A DNA stretch of 13,792 nt from an archaeon (GCA_038046645.1 JBBSVU010000025.1:1-13792); one strand, 5' to 3'. Numbered from the stretch's first letter, positions 1-7,908 are shown. Notes: generated from the sequence alone by a model not told the origin. Numbers and translations: made by a program.

Positions 1-50
1 AAGCAATCTTTGATACGGCATTCAAAGCAAGTTAATCGCACAAGCATAAA

Positions 51-431
51 TCAGCCTAAAAGAATAACATTATTTAATCCTTTGAAATGTTTGTCGCTTG
101 TTACTAATACTGCATCATTAGATTCAGCTGTTGCCTTTATTGTAGCATCTATAAATCCTAATCCATATTTTACAGTGAGATCTGCAGCTTCTAATGCTAT
201 TGAGCCATTAAGATCAATAACTGTATTGTATTGCATTATTTGGGCGACAGCTTCAAGGGCAATTTGTTCATTTTTAGTTGCCCTTATTTTTTTGTAAACT
301 TCATAAAGTATGACAGAAGATACTAGATACTCTTTCTTATTTGCCTTTTCAATGTATTTTGCATATTTATCTGCTAGGGGTCCATTTGTAAAATATTCTA
401 TCCAGCCATAGCTGTCAACCAAAACGCTCAT
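51..431 (-). CDS. vapC: PIN-domain ribonuclease toxin (VapC family)
   Basis: 126 aa with PIN acidic motifs VLVDSYGWIEYF, LYEV, FIDATI, VTSDKHF; overlaps the upstream antitoxin gene by 17 nt. Confidence 0.93.
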   Translation of the reverse strand: MSVLVDSYGWIEYFTNGPLADKYAKYIEKANKKEYLVSSVILYEVYKKIRATKNEQIALEAVAQIMQYNTVIDLNGSIALEAADLTVKYGLGFIDATIKATAESNDAVLVTSDKHFKGLNNVILLG

Positions 432-627
432 TTTCGTACCTCAAATTTCTTGTATCTAATCCAGAAATCATTCCACGGCTTTCTTTCATTTTTTTGTTAG
501 GTATCACATACAGAATTCCATTTTTTTCAATCATAGCCATTTTTTCTCCAGATCTTATATCTAATTCAGCTCTGACTGATTTAGGTATGAGAATCTGAAA
601 TTTTGGTGAAACAGTAACAGTTTCCAT
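415..627 (-). CDS. vapB: AbrB/MazE/SpoVT-type antitoxin (VapB)
   Basis: 70 aa; N-terminus TVTVSPKFQILIPKSVRAELDIRSGE is the swapped-hairpin AbrB signature; directly upstream of a PIN gene. Confidence 0.9.
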   Translation of the reverse strand: METVTVSPKFQILIPKSVRAELDIRSGEKMAMIEKNGILYVIPNKKMKESRGMISGLDTRNLRYENERFG

Positions 628-644
628 AACATCACATAAGTATA

Positions 645-701
645 TTATGCATCGATATATAAATAGTTTACCTTTATGTGATCGATGGCATAAAAGTAAA
701 C
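645..701. promoter_or_regulatory. Promoter and putative autoregulatory operators of the minus-strand vapBC
   Basis: Minus-strand TTTATATA at 656-663, about 30 nt before the ATG at 627. Two ATCGAT-centred palindromes 30 bp apart (651-656, 681-686); the second is a 36-bp imperfect inverted repeat at 666-701 (GTTTACCTTTATGTG-ATCGAT-GGCATAAAAGTAAAC). Confidence 0.65.
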
Positions 702-770
702 CTTAGGTTGCTTTTCCCCTATTTTTTCTATTACCTTTTGATGCAGCCTTTTGATGAAATCAATCTTTGA

Positions 771-802
771 GTTATATTTATAAATATAATTGTAAATATA
801 AC
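771..802 (+). promoter_or_regulatory. TATA box with overlapping palindromic operator for the plus-strand vapBC
   Basis: TTTATAAA at 777-784 inside the perfect palindrome TTATATTTATAAATATAA (772-789); extra half-site TAAATATAAC at 793-802; ATG at 808. Confidence 0.6.
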
Positions 803-807
803 TAGGT

Positions 808-1020
808 ATGAAGACTATTGCAGTTAATGATAATACCTTCCAATTACTCCAAACTTTGAAGGAGAAGGAAAAAGCGCCATCTTTTGATGTGCTTATCCTA
901 AAAATCGCATCAAAGGAGAGCAAAGTACCTAATTCCATGCTTGGTGCTTTGAAGGGCAAGATGAAACCGTTTTCTGAGAAAGATAGAAAGAATTTGTGGG
1001 AAGATAGGGAGCGGGTATAA
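808..1020 (+). CDS. vapB: Antitoxin, archaeal VapB of the KTI-x-V (RHH/DUF217-like) type
   Basis: 70 aa, MKTIAVNDNTFQLLQTLKEKEKAPSFDVLI pattern; its stop overlaps the start (TAATG) of the following PIN gene. Confidence 0.8.
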   Translation: MKTIAVNDNTFQLLQTLKEKEKAPSFDVLILKIASKESKVPNSMLGALKGKMKPFSEKDRKNLWEDRERV

Positions 1021-1400
1021 TGAGAATTGTTTTAGACACGTTTGCATGGGTTGAATACTTCACTAATCCTAAACGAGGAAAGGTTGTTGAAGATTATTTT
1101 TCAGATAATGAGATTTTTACCCCTGAGATTGTTCTGATTGAGCTTAGCTGCAAAGCATCTAAAGAGGGCTGGGCTTTTGATAAATGTCTTCATTTTATAA
1201 AGGCTAAATCTTCAATTGTCTCCTTTTCTGAAACTCTTATCAAAAGTGTCGGCAATATTTACGTAAAATTAAAAAGGAGGAACCAAAACATAAGCTTGGC
1301 TGATGCGATAATTTATACTACGGCTATTCTTTGTGAGGCAAATGTGCTTACCGGAGATAAACATTTTAGGGGATTAGAGAATGTCTTATTCTTAGATTAA
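1020..1400 (+). CDS. vapC: PIN-domain ribonuclease toxin (VapC family)
   Basis: 126 aa; VLDTFAWVEYF, LIEL, LADAII, LTGDKHF motifs. Confidence 0.93.
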   Translation: MRIVLDTFAWVEYFTNPKRGKVVEDYFSDNEIFTPEIVLIELSCKASKEGWAFDKCLHFIKAKSSIVSFSETLIKSVGNIYVKLKRRNQNISLADAIIYTTAILCEANVLTGDKHFRGLENVLFLD

Positions 1401-2021
1401 TTACTTCTGTTTTGCAATTTTCTTGGCAATCCAGATTCTTTGCAGTGCAGTGAAGTTTGTCAGAACAGCAAGTACAAATAAAACCCACACCAAGTACATT
1501 ACTTTGATGTAAGCAAGCAAAATCCCCGCAAAAAGCAAAATTAACCGTTCTGCCCTTTCAAAATACCCGCCTTTAATCTCTTCTTTAGCAATTTCTTTTT
1601 CCTTTGCCGCAGCTTTTGCATAGCTTGTCATTAAAGAGCCGAAAAGGCAAATATATACAAATAATGAAGAACTGAAATAAAGCTCACCGACTTTTAACAA
1701 AGGCAGGTTAAGGAAAAGCATGCTGAATAAAATAATGGCTTCAACATACCTGTCAACAATTGTGTCCAAATAAGCGCCAAATTTTGTTGCCCTTCCTGTT
1801 ACCCTAGCTACTGATCCGTCTACTAAATCCAAAAAGGCAGCGATTGCGAATAATGCAGCAGCCTCCAAAAATTGCTGCTTTATAATAAAGTATGCTGCTG
1901 CCAAAACAGGCAGAAGCGAAAGCAATGTCCAAGTGTTTGGGCTTAATCCGAATTTGCTGAATAAAATCCCAATTTTTATTGAAATTTTATTGAATTTTTC
2001 CCTTTTTTTATATAAAACCAT
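1401..2021 (-). CDS. CDP-alcohol phosphatidyltransferase, probably archaetidylinositol-phosphate synthase-like
   Basis: Family motif DLVDGSVARVTGRATKFGAYLDTIVDR, plus SPNTWT, TSYAKA, GYFERAER and LQRI as in PI(P)/AIP synthases; multiple TM segments; ino1 nearby. Confidence 0.88.
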   Translation of the reverse strand: MVLYKKREKFNKISIKIGILFSKFGLSPNTWTLLSLLPVLAAAYFIIKQQFLEAAALFAIAAFLDLVDGSVARVTGRATKFGAYLDTIVDRYVEAIILFSMLFLNLPLLKVGELYFSSSLFVYICLFGSLMTSYAKAAAKEKEIAKEEIKGGYFERAERLILLFAGILLAYIKVMYLVWVLFVLAVLTNFTALQRIWIAKKIAKQK

Positions 2022-2102
2022 ATACTAGTGTTTAATACACAAGTTTTTATATTCTTTTATAATAGCAATATTATTAATATAAAACACAGAGGTGCAAGAA
2101 AA

Positions 2103-2681
2103 ATGTTAGAATTAATTGTTGGGGTTGTATCGGCAATCGTTTTGTTTTTGATTGTCGTTGGAGTAATATTTACTTACAATTTTTTAGTATCTTTAAGGGC
2201 CAGGGTGGATAATGCCTGGTCACAGATAGATGTTCAATTAAAAAGAAGGGTAGATTTAATCCCAAATTTAATTGAAACAGTAAAAGGCTACGCGAAGTTT
2301 GAAAAATCAGTCCTTGTGCAGGTTACAAATGCAAGGACTTCAATGATGAGTGCTACAAGTGCAAAGGAAAAGGCTGATGCCAATAATATGCTTACAGGCG
2401 CTTTGAAAAGTTTGTTTGCTGTTGCAGAAGCATATCCTGCATTAAAGGCAAATGAGAACTTTATATCCTTGCAGGAAGAGCTTTCAAGCACAGAGAATAA
2501 AATTGCATATGCCAGGCAATTCTACAATGATAGTGTAATGAGTTGGAACACAGCAATTTTGCAGTTCCCGACAAATTTAATTGCAGGCATTGTAGGAATG
2601 TCCAAGCAAAAGGATTACTTTGGTGTTTCAGAAGCAGAGCGAGCTGTGGTAAAGGCAGACTTCTCTGATCTCTCTAAATAA
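2103..2681 (+). CDS. lemA: LemA family protein
   Basis: N-terminal TM helix, then NAWSQIDVQLKRRVDLIPNL, AEAYPALKAN, ENKIAYARQFYN; start moved to ATG 2103, which follows SD-like GAGGTG at 2089-2094. Confidence 0.95.
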   Translation: MLELIVGVVSAIVLFLIVVGVIFTYNFLVSLRARVDNAWSQIDVQLKRRVDLIPNLIETVKGYAKFEKSVLVQVTNARTSMMSATSAKEKADANNMLTGALKSLFAVAEAYPALKANENFISLQEELSSTENKIAYARQFYNDSVMSWNTAILQFPTNLIAGIVGMSKQKDYFGVSEAERAVVKADFSDLSK

Positions 2682-2701
2682 ATTTAGGCAGTGAATGAAA
2701 A

Positions 2702-3601
2702 ATGAGCTTTTACGAACAAATATCTGCCAATAGGGCAAAAACTATTGGCCTTTTTATTATTTTTTTCATATTGCTTGCAGTTTTGGGACTGATATTTAGC
2801 TATCTGTTAGGCAGTGCTCTTTTAGTAATGCCCATATTTTTCATATTTTCAATTCTTTATCTTCTGATTTCCTATTTCGCAGGAGATAAAATTGTTTTAG
2901 CTATCTCACAGGCAAAAGAAGCTGATCCAGCAAAATACCAGAGATTTCATAATATAGCGGAAGAAATGGCAATTGCAGCAGGAATCCCAAAACCAAAATT
3001 ATATGTGATTAATGATACTGCAATGAATGCATTTGCAACAGGGAGAGACCCGCAACATTCTGTTGTTTGTGCTACGACAGGTTTGCTTGAAACCATGAAT
3101 AGGGATGAATTGCAGGGAGTAATTGCACATGAAATGTCGCACATAAAGAATTTTGATATTAGGGTAATGATGCTTACTGCAGTATTAGTCAGCTTTACTG
3201 TTTTATTGAGTGATTTATTGCTTAGATTTGTTTTCTATGGTGGTTTTAGGTCTAGGAACAATGACAGCAAATCAGGGGGACTTTTCATTGTTTTGCTGAT
3301 TTTTGCAGTTATTCTCGCAATTCTCACGCCTATAATTGCGCAATTGATTAGATTAGCAATTTCAAGAAGCAGGGAATATCTTGCAGATGCATCTGCTGCT
3401 GAGATTACGAGGTATCCACAAGGTTTAGCATCAGCGCTTGCAAAGATTGCAGGGGATAAAGAAGTTTTGGAAGCAGCAAATAAGGCAACAGCTCATTTAT
3501 ATATTGCAAATCCTTTGAAAGGCCAGAAATTGTGGATGATGTCTTTATTCTCAACGCATCCTGATATTAATGATAGAATTAAACGTCTGAGAGCAATGTA
3601 A
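2702..3601 (+). CDS. htpX: Membrane zinc metalloprotease HtpX (M48)
   Basis: NAFATGRDP, HEMSH zinc motif, SRSREYLAD, STHPDINDRI; usual lemA-htpX operon. Confidence 0.95.
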   Translation: MSFYEQISANRAKTIGLFIIFFILLAVLGLIFSYLLGSALLVMPIFFIFSILYLLISYFAGDKIVLAISQAKEADPAKYQRFHNIAEEMAIAAGIPKPKLYVINDTAMNAFATGRDPQHSVVCATTGLLETMNRDELQGVIAHEMSHIKNFDIRVMMLTAVLVSFTVLLSDLLLRFVFYGGFRSRNNDSKSGGLFIVLLIFAVILAILTPIIAQLIRLAISRSREYLADASAAEITRYPQGLASALAKIAGDKEVLEAANKATAHLYIANPLKGQKLWMMSLFSTHPDINDRIKRLRAM

Positions 3602-3624
3602 TTTTCTAATTAGTACTTTATTTT

Positions 3625-4107
3625 TTATTTTATTTTTTCAAAAATTCCTTTTTTTACATTCTTTTTTGCATTGCTCCATTTTAATATTTGGCCGTTCATT
3701 GTGATATAAATGCCGCGTGGAATTGTCTGAACCTTGCTTACGGCACATCCTAAATTAAACAAAGCGTCAGAATTATCCTTAGCATAGGGAACCATTGAAC
3801 CAGTCAATACTATTGTTTTATTTTTTATTCCTTGTCCAAGAAATCTGGCAGTTTCTGCCATTGTAAATGTCCCATGCGTAATAATTATTTTATCTTCCTT
3901 GCATTGTTTGCATTTTTTCAGAATTAGTTTTCTGTCAGAATCAGTTAAATCTCTGCTGTCTTTTAACATTAATTTTTCAGTATTTATCTCCAAAGTTACG
4001 TTAGCTTGTTTTAGCATTTTAGGCACATGTGTTTTCCTTGATTTAAGTTTGCGATCATTGTCGATATTGTCAATTGTGCCGCCTGTGATGAATAGTTTTA
4101 TTGCCAT
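3625..4107 (-). CDS. Short asparaginase N-terminal-domain protein
   Basis: ITGGTID, DSRDL, ITHGTFTMAETA, LTGSMVP, DALFNL motifs; 160 aa, no C-terminal domain. Confidence 0.85.
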   Translation of the reverse strand: MAIKLFITGGTIDNIDNDRKLKSRKTHVPKMLKQANVTLEINTEKLMLKDSRDLTDSDRKLILKKCKQCKEDKIIITHGTFTMAETARFLGQGIKNKTIVLTGSMVPYAKDNSDALFNLGCAVSKVQTIPRGIYITMNGQILKWSNAKKNVKKGIFEKIK

Positions 4108-4174
4108 GATATATTGCTGTTTTTGGTTTTATTAATACTTTCTAAATGTTAAACCCTAAAGTTTACTTTTTTCA

Positions 4175-4210
4175 TTCAGCGGAAATCTGCTCTTTCATTG
4201 CATTTATAAA
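4175..4210 (+). promoter_or_regulatory. Conserved upstream cassette with TATA box (copy 1), before the LAGLIDADG gene
   Basis: TTCAGCGGAAATCTGCTCTTTCATTGCATTTATAAA; 30/36 identical to 9393-9428; TATA ends 21 nt before ATG 4232. Confidence 0.8.
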
Positions 4211-4231
4211 TCAGAAAATTCGATTTTAATA

Positions 4232-5266
4232 ATGAAAGCAGTTGTAACCTTTAATCAGTTTATCAAGGCTTTTCCAACAGTTACTGAAAAAAGTAAAAAG
4301 TTGGCTAGGAAAATTCTTCCCCTGTATCCCTCTGTTGAATTAGCCCAGATTGTTGGAGCGCTTTTAACTGACGGGCACGTTGATTGGTATACTTCTGATG
4401 GGATGCCAAGAACACGACAAATTCGATTATATTCTAGTAATAAGGCCGAATGTATCTGGTTTGTTGAGCTGTGCAAAAAAGTTTTTGGGGTAAAAGGCAA
4501 GGTTGTTGCATATATCCCAAAATATGGAAAATTCAAATTGCAGCCTTACAAAGCAATAGTAAACAAAGCTGTTGTTGCTAGGATATTAATTCTTGCGGGG
4601 GCTGTTGCCGGAAATAAATCAAATCAGGGTTATAAGATCCCAGAGTGGATTATGTATTCCAACACAGAAATTAAAATAGAGTTCCTTAAAACTATTTTTA
4701 CGTTTGATGGCTCAAAACCATACCCTAGAAAAAATACATGGACAATTCATTACTCTGCTAGTGTAAATCCGAGATATTTGGAGACTACCCTAACTTTTTT
4801 TGAACAGCTTAGATTCCTGTTGGCCCAATTTGGGGTAGTTATGGGTGAAAATCCTACCAAATACCATAAACTTAATGGGAATGTGATGGTTATCACATCA
4901 ATATCCTCGAGAAAATCAATAACTAATTTTTATCGATTTATTGGTTATCTTAATCCAATAAAACAAAAGCGCTTAGAATTCGCAGTTGCTAATATAAGTA
5001 GATTAGCCAGAGTTAAATGCAAGACCAATCTTTTAGAAAATATGAAGAAAATATTTGGCACAGATACTGATACTCTGGGTTTTATAAATGTCTTTTTATG
5101 TTCTAACTATACTTATCGACAATTCGAACATTTTAGAAGAGGGGAGTCAGTAATTCCCATTGAAATATTGGCTCTTGCTGAACGGATAACCGAACGAAAA
5201 ATTACTCTTCCATTATGGATTGATTTTTTGATATCTCGTTTTATCGTTCCCTCTCTCCAGATATGA
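4232..5266 (+). CDS. Free-standing two-motif LAGLIDADG (intein DOD-type) homing endonuclease with possible C-terminal HTH
   Basis: Motif 1 ELAQIVGALLTDGHV; KIPEWIM...IEFLKTIFTFDGS motif 2; FYRFIGYLNPIKQKRLE typical DOD end; no intein splicing termini seen; C-terminal YTYRQFEHFRRGESVIPIEIL looks HTH-like. Confidence 0.85.
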   Translation: MKAVVTFNQFIKAFPTVTEKSKKLARKILPLYPSVELAQIVGALLTDGHVDWYTSDGMPRTRQIRLYSSNKAECIWFVELCKKVFGVKGKVVAYIPKYGKFKLQPYKAIVNKAVVARILILAGAVAGNKSNQGYKIPEWIMYSNTEIKIEFLKTIFTFDGSKPYPRKNTWTIHYSASVNPRYLETTLTFFEQLRFLLAQFGVVMGENPTKYHKLNGNVMVITSISSRKSITNFYRFIGYLNPIKQKRLEFAVANISRLARVKCKTNLLENMKKIFGTDTDTLGFINVFLCSNYTYRQFEHFRRGESVIPIEILALAERITERKITLPLWIDFLISRFIVPSLQI

Positions 5267-6347
5267 ATTCCTCTACCATTTGCTTTGCAATAGTTGGGGG
5301 ATAATGATGGGGTGGATGTTTCATAACATATGCTGATATGGATATAAGTGCACCAGAAATCTTTCTATCTAATGCTAGTTTACAGCAACGGATTGCATCT
5401 ACTGCAACGCCTGCAGAATTTGGTGAATCCTCTACACTTAATTTCAAATCAAGATGAATTGGCACATCACCAAACTTTCTGCCTTCAATTCTGATAAAGC
5501 ACAATTTATTGTCTTTCTGCCATGGAACATAATCGCTTGGCCCTATATGAATATTCTCAGCTTCTAAAGGTACTCCTAACATTGCTTGGACAGCTTCAGT
5601 TTTGCTGATTTTTTTGCTTTTCAATCTTGCCCTTTCTAGCATGGATAAAAAATCAGTGTTTCCGCCAGTATTCAATTGATAGGTTCTATCAATCTTTACT
5701 CCTCTTTCCGTAAAAAGTTTAGTTAATGCTTTGTGTGTTATTGTGGCGCCCAGCTGGCTGCAAATATCGTCCCCAATGCAAGGCAGTTTTGCTTTTTCAA
5801 ACTTCTTTTCCCATTCTGCATTTGAAACAATGAAAACAGGCATGCAATTGATGAAAGCTACGCCTGCTTCTAAACAAGCATTTGCATAATACTCAGTTGC
5901 CTGCTGGCTTCCAACTGGCATATAATTAACAAGAACCTCAGCCTTTGCTTTTTTCAATTCATCAGCAACATCCACAGGTTTTGTTTTTTCATCAACCCTG
6001 AAACTCTGGTCTTCAGGATAATCAAGCATATGCGAGGCTACTCCATCTAAAACAGGGCCTTTTTGTACAATTACACCAGTTTTTGGAACATCCTTGCAGA
6101 ATATTTTTGTACAATTAGGTTTTGCAAATATTGCTTCGGATAAATCCTTTCCAACCTTTCTTTTATCCACATCAAAAGCAGCAACAAATTTAATATCCTT
6201 GATTTTATATCCGCCTAAAACATTATGCATCAATCCAGGAATTGCTTCATCGTTTGAATCAACATTTTTGTAATAAAATCTTCCCTGCACAAGTGAAGAA
6301 CAACAGTTCCCAACACCAGCTATTGCAACCCTAATTTCTTTTCCCAC
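5241..6347 (-). CDS. ino1: myo-inositol-1-phosphate synthase
   Basis: VAIAGVGNC Rossmann motif, NYMPVGS, GDDICSQLGAT, YQLNTGGNTDF, KKISKT, HIGPSDYVPW, EDSPNSAG; GTG start with SD-like GGTGA upstream. Confidence 0.96.
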   Translation of the reverse strand: MGKEIRVAIAGVGNCCSSLVQGRFYYKNVDSNDEAIPGLMHNVLGGYKIKDIKFVAAFDVDKRKVGKDLSEAIFAKPNCTKIFCKDVPKTGVIVQKGPVLDGVASHMLDYPEDQSFRVDEKTKPVDVADELKKAKAEVLVNYMPVGSQQATEYYANACLEAGVAFINCMPVFIVSNAEWEKKFEKAKLPCIGDDICSQLGATITHKALTKLFTERGVKIDRTYQLNTGGNTDFLSMLERARLKSKKISKTEAVQAMLGVPLEAENIHIGPSDYVPWQKDNKLCFIRIEGRKFGDVPIHLDLKLSVEDSPNSAGVAVDAIRCCKLALDRKISGALISISAYVMKHPPHHYPPTIAKQMVEEFISGERER

Positions 6348-6408
6348 ATTTTCACCATTTGAATTTCAAAAATACTTTTTGATTATTTCTATGATCTTTA
6401 ATTAATTA

Positions 6409-6450
6409 TGCTATTTTACAGCTATAAAATAGTAGTTAATAGCTATTTAA
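6409..6450. promoter_or_regulatory. Twin AGCT-centred palindromes, putative PadR operators in the divergent ino1/padR promoter
   Basis: CTATTTTA-CAGCTA-TAAAATAG (6411-6432) and AATAGCTATT (6438-6447); centres 21 bp apart. Confidence 0.55.
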
Positions 6451-6474
6451 ATAATTTTCCACTCTTTTTTATTC

Positions 6475-6792
6475 ATGCAGCTTGACGATTCAGCAGAATT
6501 CAAAAGGTTTGATAGGAAACTCACAAAGGAATTGCTCTGGCTTTATATTCTTTCAATCCTGAAAAAGAAAAATATGCATGCATATGCCTTGCGTTCTGCA
6601 ATACAAAAAAAATTCGGTTTCTTGCCGGGGAATGTTACCGCCTATGTTGTGCTTTACAAATTGCAAAGCCGCAATTTTGTAAAAAAGAAAGCGTCAGGAA
6701 ATAGGGTTATTTATTCCATTACTCAAAAAGGAAAAGGATTGTTAAAAGATGCTAAAAATTATTTGGAGAAAAGAATCAGATTGATTTTTTGA
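6475..6792 (+). CDS. PadR family winged-helix transcriptional regulator
   Basis: LYILSILKKKNMHAYAL...PGNVTAYVVLYKLQSRNFV...RVIYSITQKGK pattern. Confidence 0.9.
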   Translation: MQLDDSAEFKRFDRKLTKELLWLYILSILKKKNMHAYALRSAIQKKFGFLPGNVTAYVVLYKLQSRNFVKKKASGNRVIYSITQKGKGLLKDAKNYLEKRIRLIF

Positions 6793-6816
6793 TTTTTTGA
6801 AAAGATTTCTTTTTTT
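6785..6816 (+). terminator. Oligo-T tracts, probable archaeal intrinsic terminator of padR
   Basis: Runs T6, T6 and T7 at and just after the stop codon. Confidence 0.4.
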
Positions 6817-6902
6817 GCAAAGGATTAATTTCTTCATGTGCCACTGCTGCTGGATTTTGGTTTATTGCGCTGTTTTTATCTTTTTTGCTGCATTATTCTT
6901 TT

Positions 6903-7820
6903 ATGCCAGATATACTTCGCAAGTATCTTGATAATAGAAACTTGCCTTTGTCTAAATCTGTTGAGGATACATTAAATACTGTTTTGGAGGATTTGGCAAA
7001 GCAGCCTGAGAATATGAAAGACGGGCTTTTTAGGCCTGAGCTGATTTCTTCATGTGCGGTTGCTTTGAATGGTTTATCCCGAATTAAGGACCCTGTTAGG
7101 CTTTTCAGGAATTTAGGTTTGGTTTTTGAAAAAAGGGCAGAATGTATTTATACAAGAACTGTGGCTAATGCATTTAATCGGCTATACTTGGATGCAGTTA
7201 AGCAGAAAAAAGGAAAAGAGGTTTTGGGTGTCTGGCTTGGTTTTGAGAATCCTTTAACCAAGGCATATGCAAGCAAATATGTTCCTATTAAAGAATTGAA
7301 AGTTCTTCTTTCTCACCCTAATCATGTTGTTAGGGGTGTTGCTTCTAAGGTTTTAGGTTTACGCAAGGATTTTTCTGTTAGGCGTGCAAAAGCCATTTTT
7401 TCAAATCCAAAGTCTAATGGTCTAGTTATTTCAGGTGTTGCTGAAGGTCTGGCTTTACGTAGAGATTTTTCTATTAGAAGATTAAAAGCCTTTTTTTCAC
7501 ATCCTAATGACAGGGTTAGGTTTGGTGCTGCTAATGTATTGGTTTCTAGAAAGGATTTTTCTGTTAAGGAATTGAAAGGTCTTTTGTCTCATCCTGAACC
7601 TAGTGTTAGATGGAAAGCGGCAGAAGCTTTAGTCTCACATAATTATGTTTCCGCTAAAGAGCAAGGTGAATTTTTTTCCCATCCTGATGAGATGGTTAGA
7701 TCAGGTGCAGCTGCCGGTTTAAACCCTAAGGAAAGTAAATCTAGATTAGCGCACATTCATGGCAAAAGAGGTTATAGAAAAAGAGAAATGAAAAGGCGCA
7801 CTCGTCAGCTAAGGCTTTAA
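6903..7820 (+). CDS. HEAT-like repeat protein with basic C-terminal tail
   Basis: Five repeats of about 30-32 aa (e.g. ELKVLLSHPNHVVRGVASKVL, RLKAFFSHPNDRVRFGAANVL, ELKGLLSHPEPSVRWKAAEAL); ATG 6903 preferred over TTG 6885. Confidence 0.8.
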   Translation: MPDILRKYLDNRNLPLSKSVEDTLNTVLEDLAKQPENMKDGLFRPELISSCAVALNGLSRIKDPVRLFRNLGLVFEKRAECIYTRTVANAFNRLYLDAVKQKKGKEVLGVWLGFENPLTKAYASKYVPIKELKVLLSHPNHVVRGVASKVLGLRKDFSVRRAKAIFSNPKSNGLVISGVAEGLALRRDFSIRRLKAFFSHPNDRVRFGAANVLVSRKDFSVKELKGLLSHPEPSVRWKAAEALVSHNYVSAKEQGEFFSHPDEMVRSGAAAGLNPKESKSRLAHIHGKRGYRKREMKRRTRQLRL

Positions 7821-7908
7821 AATTTTTTTGAATAAGCACAATAAACTAATTTGAATTTAATCAAAAATTTTTAATATTAAAAACAAATTTCAATTAACCG
7901 CAATTTGA

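Noticed and set aside
10..959. ORFs 10..297 (+) and 645..959 (-)
   Set aside because: Antisense shadows of the vapC/vapB genes and the AT-rich promoter; no recognisable motifs.
2288..4536. ORFs 2288..2491, 2947..3144, 3899..4135, 4255..4536
   Set aside because: Antisense to well-supported genes (lemA, htpX, asparaginase, LAGLIDADG).
4108..5266. Idea that the LAGLIDADG gene lies within an IS605-type element, intein or intron
   Set aside because: No CTTTAG end hairpins, intein terminal motifs or interrupted host gene found; only the promoter cassette is shared with the IS.
6836..6931. 31-codon hydrophobic ORF MCHCCWILVYCAVFIFFAALFFYARYTSQVS
   Set aside because: Hydrophobicity follows from the T-rich intergenic sequence; no SD; overlaps the HEAT gene start.
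7021..7038. ACGGGCTTTTTAGGCCTG, resembling the IS right-end hairpin
   Set aside because: Inside an intact CDS, needs gaps to align, and lacks the GAAG and TCAC elements.
6828..7057. 14-nt direct repeat ATTTCTTCATGTGC (6828-6841 and 7044-7057)
   Set aside because: Does not extend; an isolated 14-mer match is plausible by chance in an AT-rich 14-kb window and has no positional logic.
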